A stretch of 64,000 nucleotides of DNA from Zootoca vivipara (GCF_963506605.1 NC_083284.1:40052001-40116000); one strand, 5' to 3'. Counted from the stretch's first letter, positions 50,801 to 63,230 are shown. The notes: generated by a model from the letters alone, not told the origin. Numbers and translations are program-made.

Positions 50801-52170
50801 ATGGGATCTGTATTGCAACATATGGAGGGCCACATGTTCCCAATCCCTGATCTAAGGCATGCATATTCGACCCACCCCCCCACTTACACTGCCAAACCCA
50901 CAGCCTAGGACACATCTGCACTACAGACCTAAAATGGATTGGTAGTAAAAGGTTGCCCCATGGTGGTTTTTCTGTTTGTTTGTTTGTTTTATTCTGGTTT
51001 ATGTTTTCAGTGTCCATCTTCTGTCAAGTGGTGCCCAAAGGTAGATTAATAAGTAGTAAATGCACCACGAGCAGAGCAAGTGCATGTGTTTATGAAGGTA
51101 AACACTTGCTAAAAATAAGCCTACACATGTCAGTTCATTTTTCAATAAACTCGCAAACTGTACATTGAATGATTTTTTTAAACTGTAAAAAAAAAAAGGA
51201 AAACTGATAAATACTAGTAAAGTTTTTACACTGATTTAAAGTTTCAGCAAAGTAGTAAGAAAAATGTTGTCTATTGTTGTTGTCCTTCATAAACATTACA
51301 GGGCTTTCAACTTTACAGCTGATTTTTTTTTCTTTGATGACTAAGGATCTAGTGTTGCCATAATGAAAACAAGTGCCCATTAAGTTATGCTTGTTGTGTG
51401 AGGAAATGAATTTTTTTAATTTTTTTTAAATGGATGACAGTAAGAAACAAAATGTTAATGTCCATTGAAAATGCTGTTGAAGATGAACTGTGAGCAATGA
51501 TTTTCAAGGTCTGTGTTTGGAGAATGTATGGAAGATGTTTGTATTTAGCATAGGATGATTCCAAAATGGTGGTAGTTTCCGATGAATGTACCACGCTTAA
51601 GTGGATGTTTGTGAGCAACACAGCCTTAACCCTGGTGGTTTGCTTTCTTGCTTTATGACATGGGAATGTTCCATAATGTGCATCGTGTATTGTAATCTCC
51701 CTGCGCTAGAAACGGAATTGTTTAATAGGTTGTACCTTTCCAGTCCTTGGAGTGAACGACTCTTTTTGTACATTCCAGCTTTGTAAGCCAGTTTCATATG
51801 TTTTGTTTAAAGAATGCTATAAAGTCTTGCACTCTCTGAAAACGATGTTGAAGTATCTTAAGTCAGTTTTTCTTTCTTTCCCACCACAGCCATGCACCCT
51901 CTCTTGTTGAGAAGAAATATAAACTATGCCTAGTTAAGGCTGAGGATGAAAGGTGTTCATTGAAGAGTGTTTGTGTGTAGGTTTAGCTTTGTGTATGCCA
52001 TGGTATTTTTATGCTTTATCTTACAGAGAAAGCTGAAAAGAAAATACCTTGTGTTGGAACAATAGGAAAATTCAGTCAAATGTGTATCCTTTATCATGCA
52101 CAAACCCCAGAAATAAAAATAAATGAATAATGTGTGTTTCTTTCTTTCTTTCTTTTATACAATGTTGTAT

Positions 52171-52172
<2 letters not shown>

Positions 52173-52207
<35 letters not shown>
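52173..52207. repeat. (TA)n microsatellite near the TRIM2 3' end
   Basis: Seen directly. Confidence 0.95.
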
Positions 52208-52210
<3 letters not shown>

Positions 52211-52265
52211 CATGTTTTGTTGAGCACTTCTTGTTAATAGGGTAGAAGAAGAATATATACTGAAG

Positions 52266-52271
52266 AATAAA
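52266..52271 (+). terminator. Candidate distal polyadenylation signal of TRIM2
   Basis: AATAAA at the end of the repeat-poor region. Alternatives at 52112 and 52118. Confidence 0.5.
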
Positions 52272-52641
52272 ATTTTATAACACATATACTGTACAAAGAA
52301 GCAGAGGGAAAAGCTTTCTAATGAACATTAGGTTGTCTCCACACATACACCCAAGGCCTCATAGAGGGTGTGCTAAGACCCAGCCTTCAGGCCCTCTGAT
52401 ATCCACATGTTCAGCATGAAATCTGAAATAGGAGCTGTGAACTGGCTGAGAAATTCTGCTACCAGTGCACCTACTGGAGGTTTATATACATAGGAATTAA
52501 AGTAAGTAGCTCAGTTTTCTTTATAAGGGAGTAAAGTAGCACTTGAGACTTTTAAGGATTACTTTGTTGGTTTACTAATGTACAGTAGTGGAAACAGACT
52601 TTTATGCTGTGTACATAGCACTATTGCTAATTCTGACAAAA

Positions 52642-52644
<3 letters not shown>

Positions 52645-52692
<48 letters not shown>

Positions 52693-53005
52693 TTATTATT
52701 TATACCCCGCCCATCTGGCTGGGTTTCCCCAGCCACTCTGGGCGGCTTCCAACAGAAAAATAAAACACAGTGATCTATTAAACATTAAAAGCCTCCCTAA
52801 ACAGGGCTGCCTTCAGATGTCTTCTAAAAGTCTGGTGGTAGTTTTTCTCTTTGACATCTGATGGGAGGGCGTTCCACAGAGCGGGCGCCACTACCAAGAA
52901 GGCCCTCTGCCTGGTTCCCTGCAACTTGGCTTCTTGCAGTGAGAGAACCGCCAGAAGGCCCTCGGTACTGGACCTCAGTGTCCGGGCAGAACGATAGAGG
53001 TGGAG
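52645..53005 (-). mobile_element. L2-type LINE 3' fragment with (AAT)n tail
   Basis: Minus-strand RTLRSS...RAFLVVAPALWNALP...FRRHLKAALFREAF, the L2 C-terminal signature. Shorter tips of the same end at ~15360-15433, 35448-35485 and 47331-47432. Confidence 0.85.
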
Positions 53006-53579
53006 AGGCTTCGATTTCTCCAAATGCAGAAAGAAAAACCTGCATGATTTGTGGTAGCGAGGGACTGACTGCATTTGCGCTTTTAAGATTGCTGTTTCGA
53101 GGTTTTATTTACAGTGAAGTGGTATACAAATGTCTTTAAATAAAAGAAGCACCACATCCTTTAAGAGGTTCTCGTGTGAATTAACTGTGTTTCATAATCT
53201 TTGCAGGTAGACATACTACTTATGCGGGATTGCATTGGAGGCATAGCAGAATACTGCAGATAGGTTTTCTCGCTCTTGTCAGATGTACAGTAAGGAGCAG
53301 GGAGAAACTCCGTGCGAAAAAGTGCTGCGGAACATAGACTTTGGGGAGGGAAAGGTTAGATTAGAGACCCGGAAGCCAGCTGGAGCGTGGTCCTTTTCCA
53401 GACTGAAAACGCACTACTGTTTTATCTTGCTGCGCGTTTGTTCAATGACAAATGAACGAGAGAGAGAGAGATATCCTCTTTCCAATTTTGTTCCTTGTTT
53501 CAGACGTCTATATTGTGGGATTATTGATAACTTTATTTAGACAGCTACCTAACTCACTGTGCGACTTGGAAGATACTGT

Positions 53580-53669
53580 CATAGCTGCCAAGTTTTCCCT
53601 TTTCTCGCGAGGAAGCCTATTCAGCATAAGGGAAAATCCCTTAAAAAAAGGGATAACTTGGCAGCTATG
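53580..53669. mobile_element. 90-bp hAT MITE upstream of the MND1 promoter
   Basis: Perfect TIR CATAGCTGCCAAGTT / AACTTGGCAGCTATG. Perfect TSD gatactgt. Confidence 0.92.
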
Positions 53670-53779
53670 GATACTGTGCTCCAAAGGCGGCCATAAAAAC
53701 GTAGTAACAAATAAAGAGCAAATCAACAATGGGGGGGAACCCCAAACCCTCCACGGAAAACAAGCAAGCAAACGTATCT

Positions 53780-54260
53780 GCAGTCCCAACCCAGCAACTG
53801 AGATGCCAAGAGCTTGGCCTCAGCGACGTCCATTTTGGGAGGGCGGGGGATTAAGGGAAGCCGGTGAAAACGTTCCCGGAAGTGTGCTCTCTGGCGGGCG
53901 CCTCTCCCACTCTTCTCCCTCCTAGCTCTATGGAGTTACAAAGGGCAGGGTCGGCTCGGCGGGGCTGCAGTACCACCTTAAAGGCGCCAGGTGGCGGTAG
54001 CGTACCAGGGAGGGAGGGGGCGGAGCAGCGTCGGCGTCTCTTCCCCCTCAAACTCAAATTCCCGCCATCCGGGGAGGGAAGGAAGAGACATGGTAAGCTA
54101 TCGCCGCCGCCGCCTCTTGGGCTCTCCGCACTCTTGCCGGTTCCCTGTGCGGCGGGGGTGCAGGGGCTGAGGGCGGGTTCAGGTTGCCGTGGAGCGGGTG
54201 GAATGCGCTGCTCGCGGGGTTGGCACAGCAAGGAGGGGGCGACCCTTTAAAGTAGCTCTC
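53780..54260 (+). promoter_or_regulatory. MND1: CpG-island promoter of MND1
   Basis: GC/CpG-rich block around the first exon. GC boxes, CCGGAAGT, E2F-type TTCCCGCC at 54059-54066, CTCF-like GCGCCAGGTGGCGG at 53984-53997. Confidence 0.85.
54090..54092 (+). CDS. MND1: MND1 exon 1 coding part (ATG only)
   Basis: gagacATG|gtaagc, a strong donor directly after the ATG. Joins in frame to SKKRGLS in exon 2. Confidence 0.85.
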
Positions 54261-55210
54261 CTGCTCCCTTTCTTTATATGAGAGCCCAGCTGCCTCAGAA
54301 AAAAAGGCCCTCCACATTAATAGACTTCTCTCCCATATATATCCCGCCCTTCTTCCGAGGCAGCCCCCCGAACTACCTTCCATGTTGTCCTCTCAACAAC
54401 CCTGCGAGGTAGGCTAGGGCCGAAAGTGACAGTGAATTGCGTCATCGTGCCCGCGGTCAGAATGAGGGTGGGGTGACGTCTCTCTGAAGACAGGCATTGC
54501 TTTTGATGGGAGATAAGCAAACATTAGCTAAATAAACGGGCAAAACAGGTGTCCTTTCTGTAGCTGTATTCAGCAGTGTGCCACTGAGGCATTCATAGTG
54601 GTTTATACCAGAGAAGGGGGTTCCCCAAAGAGGGGTCTGGGGACCACCAGAAGTCAGTGAGTTTCATTCGGAGGGACCCGAATGTGGCTTTGTGGCTGGA
54701 AGACTGCTCATCCAAGGCGTGAAATGTTTATATGGATTTCTAATGGTATTTTCACAGGTTCTTTTATTTATTGTATATTAGTGTGTTGCAATTTGAGTTC
54801 TATGGAATAAAGTATAAAAAAACTAAAAACTGAACAGCATCTAGCATAACACATTGCAGTTGTTGCAACAGACAGAAATATTATGAAGTAGTCTGCCAAG
54901 ACCCTCAACGTTTTTCAACTGGTCTGTGGGGAAGTTTGGGAATCACTGTACTAAACCACCCGCACTATGTCCCACTATAGTTTGTAGAACTTCATAGGAG
55001 AAGTACAAATGACTCAAACCCTAACCTAGTTTGTCCCTTCTCATCCTGGTTATAGCACTCATTCCCAGCTCAAGGTCACACAGTGAGCTTCATTGCTGTT
55101 CAGGTCTCTGAGCCTGGGTCCCTCCAGCTGTTATTTAACATTGCAGCATTATTTTCCTCAGTGGACAGCCAGTTGTTTCTGGGAGGCCACATTGAGATTT
55201 GAAGTTGTAT

Positions 55211-55329
55211 GAAGTGTGCATGCACACGAAAGCTCATACCAAAATAAAAACTTAGTTGGTCATTAAGGTGCTACTGGAGGAATTTTTTTATTTTGTTTCG
55301 ACTCAGACCAACACGGCTACCTACCTGTA
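55211..55329 (+). mobile_element. Penelope-like pLTR fragment
   Basis: Same start as 27445, continuing to agaccaacacggctacctacctgta. Confidence 0.78.
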
Positions 55330-55429
55330 TATTCTACAGTTTAAGTCCAATACTCTAACTGTAACACCATTCTTCTCTTATCTCTCTCTTACATATACAT
55401 GACCTATATTTTGCTACACTACAGTTGCA

Positions 55430-55620
55430 TTCTTATGACTGCCAGATCAGGCCAATGGCCCATGTAGTCCAACATCCTGTTCTCACACTGGCCTGCCAGA
55501 TGCTTGTGGGAAGCCTGCGCACTGAACATGAGCGCAACAGCACTCTGCCCACCTGCAGTTCCCATCACCTGTATACGGAGGCATAATGCCTCTGACAGTG
55601 GGGGTAAAACATAGTATAAT
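55430..55620 (-). mobile_element. Old CR1-like 3' fragment
   Basis: gatcaggccaatggcccatgtagtccaacatcctgttctcaca is typical of reversed CR1 3' ends. Confidence 0.55.
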
Positions 55621-57320
55621 GAATTATGTTAGTTCTAATGAACCTAGCATGGCTAAGATGCTTGTCTTTTGATCATGATGCCATGCTTGGGCTACCAATT
55701 TTCCTTTCTATATGTCAGCTTTAACAGCTGCATGAAAGTTCAGAAGCAGAACAGTTTGTAGCCCATAGAGGTTCAGTGATAGAAAAGGATGAAGAGTGTC
55801 TAAATTTTATCAGTTGTGCAGTTGTTGAGTGCAGGGGAACAGTACCAGAAGGAAAGATGGGAACCCATAAGGTGTGAAATGAAGAACACTTGTATATCTT
55901 TACTTCTTAAGTGTCCTGGATGATGAGTTATTCAGGGTGATTTAAAGATAATATAATTCACGTTAAGTTTTTGAGATTGGGAGTGGGCTAAATATTTAAC
56001 CCCCCCCCCAATCTGCTTGCATACTAGTGAAAGGCAGCAAGCTCCTGGTCTTTGTGCATGGACTATAGCATAAGTTTGAATGACCAGTTGTTCATTTCCC
56101 CATAGCCTTTGATTGTAAGTCACATACTCAACAAGTAAGTTTCAATGAAAAGGAAGACACACAGGAACATGTGGGAAGCTGACTTACAATATCAGCGTCC
56201 TATATGATAAACTTTATTTCTTATTCTGGTTTGCAAGTAGTAGGCTTTCATGCACTTAACTAGTAGAGATGCAGCTGCTTATCCACATTGCAGTGCCATG
56301 AACCTGCAGGAAATAACATGCAGACTAGCACCGCTCAGTAAATGAAATGAGGGGTTAAAAACCTCTGTTTGACTTGAACAGGTCAGTTACCACAATCTCT
56401 CTTCAGTCCTGCTGCTGGCAGCTCTGCTGAAGTTCTCATGCTGCTGAGTTTTTAACACATATAACACCTGTTGCTTCTCACACATTCTGAGAACCACAAG
56501 TAGAACCACGCTGGGTTAAAAAGCATGTAGATGTCAGCATTTCAAGGCAAGTATAATAGAACTCTCTGCAGGACAGAAACTTAATATGGCATCTTGTCAC
56601 TGCTTTGGGTTGAAAACCCACGTCCTGGCATGTTTACCTAACTTGCTTCCCCAAGAGATTGAAATGATTTTTTTCCACACTGTGGCTTGAGCCTTTTTTA
56701 TGTAATATGTCTCCCAAGTGCATTTTATTTTTTTTGTTATGCTCCCCGGATATACACATATAACAGAGCATGTGTCCCAGCCCTTTAATAATAATGTGTC
56801 CCAGCCCTTTAATAATAATTTGCCTGGTAGCCACAGGCAACTAGGAATTTTGTGCAGGTGAGTGAATTGGCTGGTGGAAGAGGGGTAGATCTCTCTTCAT
56901 AGCTTCTCCTCCAGTCCACTTGGTTTCTGTGAATTAAGTAAACTCAGCTATGTGTTTTCTCCAAGCCTGTTTAAGAAAAAGCTTCCCCCCTCCCTTAAAA
57001 TAAAATTTTAAAAAAGCCTAGGCCATTATTTTGTGTTTCCATGCTGGTCACAGAGAAGAGATTCCACCTACTCTGCAGCCAGTATGGAAACAGACTATAC
57101 AAGCTCTTTCAGGGCTATGGTTTCTTTTGTTTGCAGGCAAGTATATTGTGGTCTCATTTACAAGGCCACTGTGACAGACATTTATATATTACTGAGGATG
57201 TTGCTGCTGCTGCTTGGGGGACGGGGACGGGGACAGCCCTCTTGCTGTGTGAATGGCTGTTACTGCTGTTGCTGCTTCCTTAAAAATATGCATCCCATTA
57301 TTGGAAATGAGCCATGCATA

Positions 57321-57485
57321 CCCTCTTTCCCCTATTTTAAGACGTAGTCATAAAATAAGCTGTAGCAGGATTTTTAGGCATTCAGGGAATATAAGACATT
57401 CCCTGAAAATAAGCCATAGTGGTTTTTTTTTTGAGGAAAAATAAATACATGTATAAGACGGTGTCTTATTTTAGGAGAAACACGG
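57321..57485 (+). mobile_element. TcMar Tc2/pogo-like MITE, short copy
   Basis: TA|CCCTCTTTCCCC...GGAGAAACACGG|TA with repeated ATAAGAC/ATAAGC motifs. Confidence 0.8.
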
Positions 57486-58310
57486 TAGCAACCCTGTGCA
57501 TGCTTAATTTGGAATATATCCAACTGAAGGAAGTGTGACTTCTAAGGAGACATGTGTAGATACAAAAGTATCAAGTAATCAAAATGTATTGATTACAGTA
57601 TTCTGGGAAGTCTCAGATTTTCCTATTGTATGCCATCTCTTGGCATGGCATAGATGAGAGAGGCAAGGGAAGAGAGGCTTGGAGTAAGCAAACAATTACT
57701 TCTATGGTAGTTTACTTAAAAAGAAGAAGCTTATATTGCAAGTAGTGTTAGTCATTGTTTTAAATGTTGTTACTCATCCTAAATGTGCTGCCTGCCAATA
57801 TTCTGAATGTGGGTCATCATGCTTGTCTTGTCTTAATAGTTCTTGTCTTAATAGTTCATAGACTACATAGGCCAAAATCAATATAATCTAATACCAATTA
57901 AAGTCTTAATGCACTTAGGTTGTCAGACCCACACTAGGTGTAACACCATGACCTCATAACGTATCATGCCACCCTTCTTTCCCATCTTTTAATGCCGCAC
58001 CATTTATGAGCTTCTTAATCCTTCCAGCAGAGATTTATCCAATTCACTCATTTGGATTCAAGCCAAGATGGAAGGTTCTTGCATAGCAGGCTTATAACTA
58101 CTATAACCCAAAGAGGTCTACTAAAACACTACTTTCAGTCCATATGGGAGGCATAGGAAGTTAATGTGTGTACTGAGCAGTTCGATTGTTGTTCTTTATT
58201 TATCTTTCTTTTGTATTTATATTCTGTTCACTGCTTTGGGGGCCTTTGAGCCAAAGCTATATAAACAGAGTAAATAAACAGCAACATAACATTTTTTTCT
58301 CCCTATTCAG

Positions 58311-58376
58311 TCAAAGAAAAGGGGGCTGAGTGTTGAAGAGAAGAGAACACGGATGATGGAAATATTTTTTGAAACA
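58311..58376 (+). CDS. MND1: MND1 exon 2 (meiotic nuclear division protein 1, HOP2 partner)
   Basis: ttcag|SKKRGLSVEEKRTRMMEIFFET|gtaagt. Matches the conserved MND1 N-terminus. 66 nt. Confidence 0.95.
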
Positions 58377-58892
58377 GTAAGTAATACTTTGTTGTTGTAG
58401 GTAACATTATGACTGTTTTCACAGTGAGCATGTATTGACCCAGAATTGAAACATGCAGTTGCCAAATGTGTGTGGCACTGGCCCAGAATTGATTGCTGCG
58501 AACGGAATGCTTGTGCCAGAAGCCCCCATAATGTCAGAAAGGATGTGTACTACAATGGGGTGTACTCTCAGCTTGCACAGAGATCTGGCTGTACCAAAAC
58601 CAGCATAAGAGCCTTTGACTTGCATTCTCCTTCTGGTATGGTGAGCACCTATTGAAGTTGGCTACCTGTGTGGTTGACAACCAGGACTGCATTAATTCAA
58701 GCAGGGATGTTTAAAACCCCACACATTCTTGGACTACAGCTCCCATCATCCCCAGCCATTGGCCATGCTGACACGCTGGTGGGAATTGGAGTACAGCAAC
58801 ATTTTGAAGGGATGCAGCTTTTCCATTCTTTCTTTAAAGTAAGATGTTCCAAGATGTTTTCAGAAATCAGTGTGTATGGCGCTCTGAATTGC

Positions 58893-59162
58893 ATAAACCT
58901 AAAGGACCCCTAGACGTTTAAGTCCAGTCAAAGGCAACTATGGGGTGTGGCGCTAATCTTACTTTTTAGACCAAGGGAGTCGGCGTTTGTCCACAGACAG
59001 CTGTCTGGGTAATGTGGCCAGCATGATTAAACCACTTCTGGCATAACAGAGCACCACAACGGAAGCCAGAGGGCACGGAAATGCCATTTACCTTCCTGCT
59101 GCAGCAGTACCTATTTGTCTACTTGCACTGGCATGCTTTGAACTGCTAGGTTGGCAGAACCT
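58893..59162 (-). mobile_element. Sauria SINE, 5'-truncated
   Basis: Reverse complement of the SINE body (tacctatttgtctacttgcac...ctgctaggttggcag). Confidence 0.82.
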
Positions 59163-59654
59163 AGCATTGGCTAGTACCACATGAAGAACAGGGGTTAAAA
59201 AAAACAGTGTTCTCCCACTTCTGTAGCTAGGAATATTGGTGTGAGTGGGCTAAGAGTATACTTGGAACAGGTTGTATAAATTATAAATCCCTGTTCTCCT
59301 ATGGGAGGAAACAGGACAGACAGAGGTGAAGCACTTGTAATGCATGTAATCATAAGAGAGAGAGCAGAGGTAGCTTCTATAGGTCAGCTGCAGTTTCAGT
59401 GTGGTTTCTACACTTTACTGCAAGAAAGGGAAGGCTGTGACTCCCCTGATGTTGTTTGACTCACATTCTCATCCTTTAAATTTAAGTACTGTGCTATATA
59501 TTTTGATTGAATGTAACCCATCATAGGACCCATGAGATTTTGTTAAATTTGCAGAAACCCTGGGCTTAGGTAATTGGAAGAATAGTTTACAAGCCTGTAG
59601 AGAAGTAAAAACAAAAAATCCAAAATGCAGAGATGTCTTCATGCTTGAGACTTT

Positions 59655-59700
<46 letters not shown>

Positions 59701-59701
<1 letters not shown>

Positions 59702-61042
59702 CGTGTTTCCCCCTTTTTAAGACACCGTCTTATTCTTTTTTTTACTCAAAAAAACCCACGGTGTCTTATTTTCAGGGGATGTCTTGTACCTTAAGGCCTC
59801 CTCGGAGGGGCCAGGCAGCTGGCTCGGGGTGCTGCTGGGCGCTCTGTGCGGTGCTGCTGCAGCAGCCGGTTCCAAGCACCAAGGCAGCAGGCTGCTGGCT
59901 CAGTGCTCCGCCTGGTGCTGCTGGGCGCTCCGCTCTGCAGCTGCCGGTTCCGGTGGCGAGGTGGCAGGCAAAAAAAAGGAAGAAGAAGAGGCCAGGCCGC
60001 TCCGCTCCCTCCAGCGCTGCAGGGTGCTCCGAGCGATTGGTGCTGCGGAGCGCTCTGCTGTGCAGCTGCCGTTTCCGGTGGCGGGGCGGCAGGCAAAAAA
60101 GGAAAAAAAAGAGGCCAGACCGCTGCGCTCTGCCCGGCGCTGCAGGGCGTTTCGAGCGCTCGGCGCTGCGGAGCGCTCCGCTCTGCAGCCGCCGGTTCCG
60201 GTGGCGGGGCGGCCGGCAAAAAAAAAAAATTAAAGAGGCCAGGCCGCTGCGCTCCGCCTGGCGCTGCAGGGCGTTCTGAGCGCTCGGCGCTGCGGAGCAC
60301 TCCGCTCTGCAGCCGCCGGTTCCGGTGGCGGGGCGGCCGGCAAAAAAAAAATTAAAGAGGCCAGGCCGCCTGGCGCAGCAGGGCGTTCTGAGCGCTCGGC
60401 GCTGCGGAGCGCTCCGCTCTGCAGCCGCCGGTTCCGGTGGCGGGGCGGCCGGCAAAAAAAAAATTAAAGAGGCCAGGCCGCCTGGCGCTGCAGGGCGTTC
60501 TGAGCGCTCGGCGCTGTGGAGCGCTCCGCTCTGCAGCCGCCGGTTCCGGTGGCGGGGCGGCCGGCAAAAAAAAAATTAAAGAGGCCAGGCCGCTGTGCTC
60601 CGCCTGGCGCTGCAGGGCGTTCCGAGCGCTCGGCGCTGCGGAGCGCTCCGCTCTGCAGCTGCCGGTTTCGGTGGCAGGGCGGCAGGCAAAAAAGAAAAAA
60701 AAAGAGGCCAAGCCACTGCGCTCTGCCCGGCACTGCGGATCGCTCTGCTCTGCAGCCGCCGGTTCTGGTGGCGGGGCGGCAGGCTGCCTCGGGCAGGCAA
60801 AAAAAAAAAGAGAGGCCAGGCTGCTGGCGCGGGCGCTCCAGGCGCTCCCTGCTGCAGCAGCAGCCGGTTCCAGGCCCCTCTGGCTGGCTGGGTCCCGCTG
60901 GCTGGCTGGGGCGCTCGACGGTCTCGTTCTACACGGCATGGAGGTATGCCTTATTTTCGGGGGGTGTCTTATGTTTCACTAATGCTAAAAAACGCTGCCA
61001 TGGCTTACTTTCTGACTACGTATTAAAAAAGGGGAAACACGG
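59701..61042 (-). mobile_element. TcMar Tc2/pogo-like non-autonomous element carrying a GC-rich minisatellite
   Basis: TIR CCGTGTTTCCCCTTTTT / AAAAAGGGGAAACACGG with TA flanks. Its ends are the reverse complement of 57321-57485. Confidence 0.88.
59870..60870. repeat. GC-rich tandem repeat, ~8 units of 108-124 bp
   Basis: GAGGCC anchor recurs at 59988, 60111, 60235, 60357, 60469, 60581, 60704 and 60812. Confidence 0.92.
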
Positions 61043-61608
61043 TATGTATAAAATTTACTGTTTCCAATTTGCCCAGTAGCAAGTGTAGATGGGAGTTTAG
61101 CACTTGTCTTGATCACAAATAAGTAAGGTGGTTTTAGATCACATCCACACCATACATTTAAACTACTGTACATTAATACCGCTTTAACAGTCATGTCTTC
61201 TTCTAGGAGGCCTGGTAACTTTAATTTACCCTCAAAGAACTACATTTCCAATAACCCTTGACAAACTACAGTTCTCAAGATTCTTTGGGGGAAAGCTATA
61301 ACTGCTAAAATGGTATGAGAGTGCTTTCAATGTATGGTACGGTACAGAATATGACCTTAGATAATTCCTACCGTAGGAGCTTCTGTTGCTCCCAGAAAGG
61401 CACAGGTAGGAAATTAATCAGAAGGATAACCAGTTCCCATATGTGAAAGCAGTAATGTGGTGCAGTAACTTATGTAAGCTGCAAAGAGCTCCACTGAGTC
61501 ATAAATGTTACTCTTAAAACCACAAGCCCTTAGATTAATTGAAGGAATTTCAGAGTCACTGTGTGATTATGGATGATGTGTATGTTATTTTTATTTTATT
61601 TGTGACAG

Positions 61609-61666
61609 AAAGATGTATTCCAACTAAAAGACATTGAGAAAATTGCTCCAAAAGAGAAAGGAATCA
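61609..61666 (+). CDS. MND1: MND1 exon 3; gene continues beyond the window
   Basis: gacag|KDVFQLKDIEKIAPKEKGI(a)|gtgagt. 58 nt. Confidence 0.95.
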
Positions 61667-63179
61667 GTGAGTACCTAGACTTACTTCCCACCAACTTTTT
61701 ACTCATAACAGCAAACAGTTTTGCAAGGGTATCACATCCTGTTCATGCATAAATGTTAAGAACGTGATCTAAATAGCAGTATTGTAAGGAACTATATGAG
61801 TGCTGTGCTCTTCATGGTGTAGGTGAGGGGTAGGGAACTGGATCTGACCACCAGGCAGATCCTTACTTCTCCCTTCCACCCCCTGCCCCATGGGCCAAGT
61901 TTGGCAGGTAGATGGGGGTGCCCACATATCAATCACCTGTTGTCACAATCACACCAGGGAACCCATTTTTGTCTTGGTGTCAATCAGCTGGTTATTGGGA
62001 TTTGCACAGCACCATATATGGAGTTACGCAAGCCTTGACACTTGCCTGGTTGTCGGTCGGTGCTTGCAGAAAGCTATGCACAGGTATTTGCAGGAGTTGC
62101 CAATCGGCTAGTCTGTGGTGCTTGCAGACTCCATTTGGCCCAACCACTTATTTGCATGCCTCACACCTGATGTGGGTGTGGCTTGGCTAGAGCAGCCTGA
62201 TGGACCAAATGGAGAGACCCAGTGGACTGAATTAGGCCTGCAAGCTGGATATTCCCCATAGTTGCTGTAGGCTGATAAGGGAGGGACAAGGGAGAAGCAA
62301 AACATACTGACCTTGTTGTTGGTGTGGAATTTCTACACACATATAACACTTCTTATTAGGCGCTCTGCTGACAATGCTCATTCCATCAAAATGAAGCCTC
62401 TTGCTCCATAATTAATATATAATTGAAATGCTAAAAATGGGCTGTGGGGGAAGAGAGTTGTTTTCTTCTTTGGCCAGACAAGTGATTATGGTTTTTTTTT
62501 TATAAAAGGTGAATGCTTAATTTTGGGGGGTTCTGTAGCCCATTTTAGGAATTCAAAGTATGTTGCATATACTGTAATTGTTTCTGACATACCTGCCAAA
62601 GAGACCAGTTCTATTCCCTGTGTCCCTCTGCAATATGTCAGCTGTGGTTATGTCATCTGTGTGCCAGATTTGGGCAGCAGGGGGGCATAGAGAGGCAATT
62701 TCAGCAATGCTTAAACAAGTCTTAAATTTGTTTACAAATTTTCTGTACTCCGAACAACATCTAAATCAGGGGTTGCATGGCCAGTAGTCAGAGATGATGG
62801 GAATTGTATGCCAACAACATTTCAAGAGCCAGGGATTCCCTATACCTGCTCTAGATATGATGAGTTGTATCCAATTGACATTATTAGAAATTACTAACGT
62901 AGAATCATTCATTTTAGTGGGCTACCCTGGGTACAACTTGATTCGCTACACTAAATAACTTTTATTTGGGCTGATTTTTGAGACTAGAGCTAAGTTTCCT
63001 GTGCCCAAGACTTTGTGTGCATTTCCTTTTGACTAGCTTATTTTAGAAATTGTAATGAGCTGTGAGATTTAAGATGGCAAGGGCTAGATACCCAAATAAA
63101 TAAAACTTGCATCATGCTACTATTCAGAATTATCTTGGAACAGGTAGGATATAAAAACAATACCCCTTCCAGTTTAATT

Positions 63180-63184
63180 TAATA

Positions 63185-63229
<45 letters not shown>
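63180..63229. repeat. (AAT)n microsatellite
   Basis: Seen directly. Confidence 0.95.

Positions 63230-63230
<1 letters not shown>

Larger units (their letters stand above)
47822..52290 (+). other. TRIM2: Probable long TRIM2 3' UTR
   Basis: AU-rich, repeat-poor ~4.4 kb after the stop with several AATAAA hexamers. Repeats resume after ~52.6 kb. The 3' end is inferred. Confidence 0.65.

Noticed and set aside
53452-54383. ORFs across the CpG island
   Set aside because: Explained by GC richness; only the ATG before the 54093 donor fits MND1.
59870-60870. CRISPR-like repeat array
   Set aside because: The whole unit repeats, there are no unique spacers and no cas genes, and the context is a vertebrate intron.
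59641-61079. Cluster of long overlapping ORFs (150-227 aa) on both strands
   Set aside because: They are a by-product of the stop-poor GC-rich tandem repeat inside a MITE; the peptides are repetitive and shift frame at A-tracts.
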